A DNA stretch of 43,688 nt from Chiloscyllium plagiosum. Lineage: Eukaryota. Positions 37,070-43,688 of this stretch are shown here, piece after piece (the stretch's first letter is position 1; each line of letters opens with the position of its first letter). The translations under genes and the position numbers were made by a program. The stretch is taken from NCBI RefSeq assembly GCF_004010195.1, contig NC_057718.1, positions 46,954,091 to 46,997,778 on the forward strand, in the 5' to 3' direction. The notes under the pieces were generated by a model that was given only the letters and a program-made list of their open reading frames with translations, did no database searches and was not told where the DNA came from.

Positions 37070-37548
37070 GGAGTTATAGAGTTACACAGCACAAAAACAG
37101 ACCTTTCTGTCCAACTCATCTTTGTTGACCAGATATCCTAAACCGATCTAGTCCACTTGCCAGCATTTGGCCCATATCCCTCTAGACCCTTCATATCCCC
37201 ATCCAGATACCTTTTAAATGTTGTAATTGTACCCTCTCCGCCACCTCCGCTGGTAGCTCATTCATGCATGCACTACCATCTTGTGAAAAAGTTTCCCTTC
37301 AGGTTCCTTTTAAAGATTTCCCCTCTCACCTTAAATCAATAGTTTTGGACTCCCCGAGCCCGGGAAAAAAAGACCTTGGCTATTCACCCTATCCATGCCC
37401 CTTAGGATTTTATAAACCTCTGTTAAGTCACCCCTTAGCTTCTGATGCTCCTGGGAAAAAAATATCCAGCCTATTCAGCCTCTTCCTGTAGCTCAAATGC
37501 TCCAATCCTGGCAACATCCTTGTAAATCTTTTCTGAACCCTTCCTTGA
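37070..37548 (-). mobile_element. CR1 (HER1-like) 3' end
   Basis: The minus strand reads RVQKRFTRMLPGLEHLSYRKRLNRL. A short tandem tail lies at ~37070. Confidence 0.85.
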
Positions 37549-37758
37549 AGCTCTGTAGCATGTCTAAAATGGTAAATGGATGTCACATGGCTCGCATGTG
37601 AGGCAATCCAGAACTCAGTAGAGTATTTAGACTTGGCTCTGAGTTCAGATATCAGCTCTTTGAAAATGTAAAAAAAATCTGCCTGGTTGTGAATGCGAGA
37701 GGACAAATATATTGTTGTAACATTTTTTCAGCAGTTTGTTGACACAGTTATAAGTGCT

Positions 37759-37943
37759 GAAAATGTGTTGCTGGAACAGCACAGCAGGTCAGGCAGCATC
37801 CAAGGAACAGGAGAATCGACGTTTCGGGTATAAGCCTTTCTTCAGGAATCTCCTGTTCCTTGGATGCTGCCTGACCTGCTGCACTTTTCCAGCAACACAT
37901 TTTCAGCTCTGATCTCCAGCATCTGCAGTCCTCACTTTCTCCT
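37759..37943. mobile_element. Short fold-back PLE-derived element with 16-bp TSD
   Basis: The TSD CACAGTTATAAGTGCT lies at 37743-37758 and 37944-37959, around long inverted arms. A minus-strand hammerhead core CTGAAGA...GAAACGTC lies at 37813-37850. Confidence 0.88.
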
Positions 37944-38718
37944 CACAGTTATAAGTGCTATCAACATAGTATTAATAATGCTTGACTGCTTTTCACAATC
38001 CTCATTACAATGACAATTTGTATATTTACAGCTTCACTGACACTAAAAGAAGTGTTTAAAGGATTAGCTGTTTTTGATGTAGGTTTATACATACAAATTT
38101 TTGGTTTTTTCATAACAAACTAGAAAGTTAGTGGGAATTAAATGCATTGGACAGTCTTCCATCGATGCAAGTGTTTTTTTATGTAGTGAAGTAAGTACTC
38201 CATATTTAGAACTCTATTTGATTTCATCTCAGCATGGTGGATACCTAAGGTGGCATAAGGGCTATTAAGAGCCGGGGGATGGGTTGGCTTGATTTGGCAC
38301 CACATTTGTTAGGAAACATAAGGAGCCATGGAGGTGGATGAGAGGTGTGTGTTTTTACTAAGCTGGCATCAAGGCTATAAGGGTCCATAAGTGTTGCTGG
38401 AGTATTAGGGTGAGCATGATTTAGAACTGTATTTTTTGAGTGGCTGTAAGGGGCTCTGGAAATGGATAAGAAACATGGTTTGTGACTTTGGTTTAACTCT
38501 CAATGAGATCTTGAGTGACCATTTGGTATCTGGGATTAATTATGTAACCATGCAAAAGCACCTACTAACTGAAGCCACACTGGACTTCAAACAGGCACTA
38601 CAAGTGGCTTTATCATTGGAAAATGCAGCAAGTTTCAGGGTAAACCAATTCAGGACACCCTAGTCAGCCCAAATGATCTTGGCGAACACCAGGATAAATC
38701 CTGCACAGGGAGACTTAG

Positions 38719-38905
38719 TCTAGATTAGAGTGGTGCTGGAAAAGCACAGCAGGTTAGACAGCATCCGAGGAATTCCTGATGAAGGACTTTTGCCCGAAAC
38801 ATTGATTTTCCTACTCCTCGGATGCTGCCTGACCTGCTGTGCTTTTCCAGCACCACTCTAATCTAGACTCTGATCTCCAGCATCTGCAGTCCTCACTTTT
38901 GCCCG
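38719..38905. mobile_element. Fold-back PLE-derived element nested in the Gypsy gag
   Basis: Inverted arms AGTCTAGATTAGAGTGGTGCTGGAAAAGCACAGCAGG and its reverse complement. The TSD is GGGAGACTTAG / GGGGGACTTAG (38708-38718 and 38906-38916). CTGATGA...GAAAC lies at 38776-38800. Confidence 0.85.
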
Positions 38906-40952
38906 GGGGGACTTAGGTCAGCCCACAGCAAAACACCAAAACAAAGTAAGCCTTGGCCAAATGATTAAAATTTTCTTCAGGATCTGGGCCATAAGGCCAT
39001 TGTAATTGCTGCTGGTGTGAGACAGTAAAAGAGTCCCACTAGATCTAAATTGAGTAAAAGAATTCATAGGCCTTTATCCATGTGAGTGCATGCTTGGAAA
39101 GACCACCTCTATCTGGCCTGGAACAATTAAATTGCTTAGCAACATCCAAATCAGAACCAATCAAAATGGTCACCCACTTTTAATGGAAGTTGATACCAGT
39201 GCAGCCGTTTTAGTGATTGCAGAACCAATCTTTAAGAAAATTCGCTTTAGGCTCCAACCCTTAAGTTTGCACAAGACCTTGGCTAGACTGAGAACCTATA
39301 GTTTTTTCTCTAACCTATACCAGGGAACCTTTACAAATTAAGGGCATAACTTTGGTTCTAGTATCTTATGAGAAGGAGCTGGTTCAATTACCATTAATTG
39401 TAGTAAAAGACTCGAGCCCAAGCTTGATGGGGAAAAATTAGTTGAGAAAGATTCATCTGGATTGGCTCAACATCTTTTGATTAGAAAATGACTGCCTGAA
39501 TGAAGTCTAATTAAATACCTGGATATTTTTCATGATGGTCTAGCGTCTATCCAAGGAGCCAAGGTCATCTTGCATGTTGACCAGGAAGCAATTCCACAAT
39601 TCTGAAAGGCCCACCCAATGAAATTAACCTGACGGGTAAAAGTAGTGTCAAAAATCAGAAGCTGGAAAGGCATCATCAAACCAGTCCAGTTTGCAGAATG
39701 GACAGCATCAGTCGTATGGATTGTGAAGCCCAATGGATCGGTTCATCTTTGTGGGAATTTTAAACAAATGGCAAACTACTTTTCGCAGCTAGATAAATAC
39801 TTAATCGTTCACATTGAGGATTTATATGCAAAGCTGGCGGGGGGTGTTGTTCTTCATGAAGCTGGACTTGTAATTATGGTTTGATTAGCAATCCCAGAAG
39901 TATGCTACAATTAATTCCCAAAAGAGTTTGTGCCAATATATGAGATTGCCATTTGGGGTATCATCAGCCTGTGCAATTTTTCAGCGATGATGGAGAACAT
40001 TTTGGAAGGTCTCCTCCAGTTCGCCATTTATCTAGACTGTGCTAATGACAGGGAAGACCAATAAGGAGCACTTGGAGAACTTGGACATAGTCCATAAACA
40101 TTCTTCCCAGGTGGGGTTATGCCTTAGAACAGAAAAATATGTGTTCAGGCACCTCAAGTGACCTACTTGGGCTTCAGAGTCGACAAAACTGGGGTACAAC
40201 CATTGGAAGATAAAGGGAGGGCAACGAAAGGTGCCTTCGCTCTCATGTCTGTATTGGAGCATAGGTCTCATAAGCAGTCACTGAAAGTGATTAGATGTGC
40301 ATGGAGTTCATTGTCAAATATGGGGACGATAATACAAAACCTGCATGCATCTTTTCTAATACATGGACTCCCGGAAGTGTTAGTCACAGATAATGACCAA
40401 TCATTTGCCAGCACAGAATTTGAATATTTCCTAAAGTCAAATGGCATCAGGAACATCAGTGCCAGACACAAGGCTCCATTAAGCGAGAGAGATTGGTGAT
40501 TAACTTTTGTATAGGAACCATGGGAATAGCCTTGCAATGGTAACAGGCATGGTCGACTTGAGGTCAGTTCTACATAGAAAGTTTGGGTTGGTGCTACAGT
40601 CCTGAACAAGCATGTGGGCCATATCAAAGCTGCAAACTCCAACTGGGCAGGAGCAAAACATGCCTGGCTCCTCAGAAGAATCAGAAAGGCTGGCAGAACC
40701 CCTGGTCTCTCCCCTCAGATAAGCATTGAAGAAACCTTGGAACCTGAGAAGGACATGGCTAATGACGTGTCTTTGATGCCTTAGCCACCTGAAGAACAAG
40801 ATTAATTTCTTCAGAGATGTTCAGAGTGCAAGAGGCGGGCTACTGTGTGCTACACACTGTCCATATCCAAGTCAGAATCAGAGGAACCTCACCCCTGGAG
40901 GAGCTACAAGGAAAAGAACCGACCTATGTCCTCAGACTCAGAGTGGGAGGGA

Positions 40953-41181
40953 TGTAGTGATTGTAAGGTCAGCCAACTGGACCTCATCGAATATGAGTTT
41001 CCTGATTGGGGCTGTTAATTTGGTCCAATTAGGGAGCCCTGGCTAACAGATAAAAGCAGGTGTTTCAAACATCCAGCCTTGAGAGCTGGCTCTGAGGAAG
41101 CGAGATCAGAGTCAAGGAGTTTCCAAGTGTAAATAAAGGATGACTTGGTGATGGAATACAGGCCTTTGTGCAGTTATTTCA
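40953..41181 (+). repeat. 3' LTR of the Gypsy element
   Basis: Preceded by the polypurine tract GAGTGGGAGGGA (40941-40952). It starts TGTAGTGA, ends TTATTTCA, and has AATAAA at 41132-41137. Confidence 0.8.
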
Positions 41182-41964
41182 GCCTCCTTCCCTTCTGCCA
41201 AGTGAATAAAGAAGCAAGCATTCTTATCTTCCTAACTGTTTATGGTTTACTCAAATAGATCCACTTGTCCACTGAAAAGGTTAGCAAAAGGTGGAATAAA
41301 GTTAAACTGTCAAACTAAAATATCCTATTATATTGTAATTTTAAAAAGAGTCTTAATTAATTGCTTTGAGAATGTTTGCCTGCCATTTCTGCTATTTTGT
41401 GTCGATTCACAATGACCCAGACCTAGTCAACTGCCACCTACGAAGTTTGCTGCAGCTTGCTGAAATTATCACTTTTCAGCAAGGACTCCTAATCCCTACT
41501 GAAATAGTTCTCCAGGTCCAGTAAGTACAGGAGAGTGGATGACAAAGGAAGACACACCCAATTTTTAAGCTGCTCCCTGCCATATTGAAGTTAATTTGTA
41601 AAAGCTTCAGTCTTTTAATGAATAGATGAATGAGTGAATAAATGGATTGATGGAGTTGGCAATCAAGTCAAGGGTACTCTGGTTAAGGGGTAGTGAGTTG
41701 AGCAGGTAGTTCAGGTGGTTGGGGCATTCGTGTCAGGAGGAGTTTGAAGATCGAATGGGCATTGGGTTGGGTTGGGTGGTTGGATTGGTAGGCAGTCAGT
41801 ATAGGTGTGCAGTTGGGTTGGGTGGAGTAGTCGGTTCAAGTGTGTGATTGTTTGAGTTGGTAATCAGGCTGGTAATCAGGTTGAGTGTGTAGTTGGGCTG
41901 GAGGTGTGCTTGAGTCGGCTGGGTAGTTGAGTTAAGATGTACTCAGGTTCAGTGGGTAGTTGGG

Positions 41965-42200
41965 TCAAGGAAGCAGACAGAGATAAAGAGAAGCTTCTTC
42001 AGCCAGAGAGTGATAAACCTTTGGAACTCGTTGCAGCAGAAGGCTGTGAAGGCCAGGTGATTGAGTATATTTAAGACAGAGATAGGTAGTTTCTTGATTG
42101 TTAAGGGTATCAAAGAGAGAATAGGGTTGAGAAACCATGATTGAATGGCAGAGCAGACCTGCTGAGCCAAATGGCCTAATTTCTGCTCCCGTGTCTTATG
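41965..42200 (+). mobile_element. CR1 3' tail fragment
   Basis: TTCTTCAGCCAGAGAGTG...CCATGATTGAATGGCAGAGCAGAC...GGCCTAATTTCTGCTCC. Confidence 0.85.
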
Positions 42201-42649
42201 ATCTTGCCTGGGTGATTGGAATAGTGGAGCTGAATTGCCGGGGGGGGGGGGTGTAGTTTGTTGGGTCAGGTTGAAGGAGATGGTTGGGGAGGGCCAGTTA
42301 TGATGTACAAATCTGTTACACTGATTAAACATGGTGCTAAGCCAGGTATTAACCTACCTAACATTTTCTTGCGAAATATCCATGTATTTACCAAAACTAT
42401 TCATGATTTTGAATACCTGTCAATTCTTCCCCTAACTTTCTTGGTCTCTCAACGTAACAAGTATTTGAATCTCAGTACCATTTGAATAAATTTCTTCCAT
42501 ATAAAAATTTAGCATAGTTTTCTTGCTTTAGTACTCATACTCCTAATTATAAAGTTAATAATCTAGTATATCTTTTAAAATACTTCTTAACTGGCCTCCT
42601 GCTTTCAAAGATTTGTGCACATCTACTCAAGTCTCTGTTTTTACTCATC

Positions 42650-43170
42650 TAGTCTACGGTATTCGCTGCTCACAATGTGGTCTACTCTACTTTGAATAGA
42701 CGAAACGCAGGCTGGGTGGCCGTTTTGCAAAACACTGATGTTCTCTCAAAAAAATTACCCTGAGCTTCGTGTTGTCTGCCAGTTAAACACACTGCAGTGT
42801 TCCCTAGCCAGCATCTCTGTCTCAGGCATGCTGCAGTACTCCAGTGCGAGCTGGTAGAACAGCACCACATTTTCTGCTTGGGACCCAACAGTCTTCAGGC
42901 CTCAATATCAAATTCAGTAATTTTAGGGTCTGAGCACTTTCTCCCATGTCTATACCCCAACCCCTACACACTAGACCTTGTCATCACATGGGCTGCTCCC
43001 ACAAAAAGCCCACTGTCAGCCACTCATGGTCCCCATTAGTAGCTATTGATTATCTCAAGTTCACCTTTACCCATTCCTTGGTCTGCCCAATTATTTTTCT
43101 GTCACTTTCTGGGCTTCATCTCCACCACTGTTTACCGTATTCCTCCTCCTCCTCTCTCCCCACTCTTTTT
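42650..43170 (+). mobile_element. Decayed Penelope-like GIY-YIG 3' fragment
   Basis: IRCSQCGLLYFE*TKRRLGGRFAKH (a decayed YIG motif), ELVEQHHIFCLG, and a pyrimidine-rich tail. Confidence 0.75.
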
Positions 43171-43194
43171 TCTCATGAATCCATGCTTTAATTT

Positions 43195-43688
43195 AATAGA
43201 CAATAGACAATAGGTGCAGAAGTAGGCCATTCTGCCCTTCGAGCCTGCACCACCATTCAATATGATCATGGCTGATCATCCTTAATCAATATCCTGTTCC
43301 TGCCTTATCTCCATAACCCTTGATTCCACAATCCTTGAGAACTCTATCCAACTCTTTCTTAAATGAATCCAGAGACTGGGCCTCCACTGCCCTCTGGGGC
43401 AGAGCATTCCACACAGCCACCTCTCTCTTGGTGAAGAAGTTTCTCCTCATCTCTGTCCTAAATGGTCTACCCCATATTTTTTAAGCTGTGTCCTCTGGCT
43501 TGGCACTCACCCATCAGCGGAAACATGTTTCCTGCCTCCAGAGTGTCCAATCCTTTAATAATCTTATATGTCTCAATCATATCCCCTCTCAGTCTTCTAA
43601 ACTCAAGGGTATACAAGCCCAGTCGCTCCAGTCTTTCAGTGTAAGGTAAGCCCGCCATTCCAGGAATTGACCTCGTGAACCTACGCTG
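43195..43688 (-). mobile_element. Young CR1 LINE 3' end (runs off the window)
   Basis: MAGLPYTERLERLGLYTLEFRRLRGDMIETYKIIKGLD, with the tandem tail AATAGAC-AATAGAC-AATAGG. Confidence 0.92.

Larger units (their letters stand above)
38470..41181 (+). mobile_element. Decayed Gypsy/Ty3 LTR retrotransposon (gag-PR-RT-IN-PPT-3'LTR; 5' LTR not found)
   Basis: gag DHLVSGINYVTMQKHLLTE; protease MEVDTSAAV; RT VQFAEWTASVVWIVKPNGSVHLCGNFK, RLPFGVSSA, YLD and TYLGFRVD; integrase HGLPEVLVTDN...EFEYFLKSNGI. The RNase H region is largely deleted. Confidence 0.9.

Noticed and set aside
41690..41965. GT-rich GGGTT-like tract resembling telomeric repeats
   Set aside because: It is irregular low-complexity sequence without a TTAGGG array.

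Overview
This is eukaryotic genomic DNA from a vertebrate, most likely a shark or other cartilaginous fish. That inference rests on an HE1/V-SINE and dense CR1 LINEs, Penelope-like elements (PLEs) and Gypsy relics. The main gene is FLVCR1 on the minus strand: coding exons 1-7 run from 34553 to 11778 (433 codons, all GT-AG), with a CpG-rich, CCAAT-rich promoter at about 34.6-35.5 kb. I could not find FLVCR1 exons 8-10. Instead, just past a 348-N scaffold gap flanked by CR1 sequence, there is an intact terminal coding exon of TMEM39B (9678-9442, minus), in phase with FLVCR1 exon 7. A CR1-mediated mis-join of the scaffold is the likelier explanation, but a real fusion or an orphan exon cannot be excluded from sequence alone. 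The second notable structure is a ~1.76 kb composite Penelope insertion (5032-6793) bounded by a 16-bp target-site duplication (TSD). It carries three minimal hammerhead ribozyme motifs and ~0.9 kb of apparently captured non-repeat DNA. The window also holds several short fold-back PLE elements with TSDs, two decayed Gypsy elements, a Harbinger-like MITE and a local templated inverted duplication. Homology calls come from my recall of family sequences, not from database searches, and repeat boundaries are approximate.
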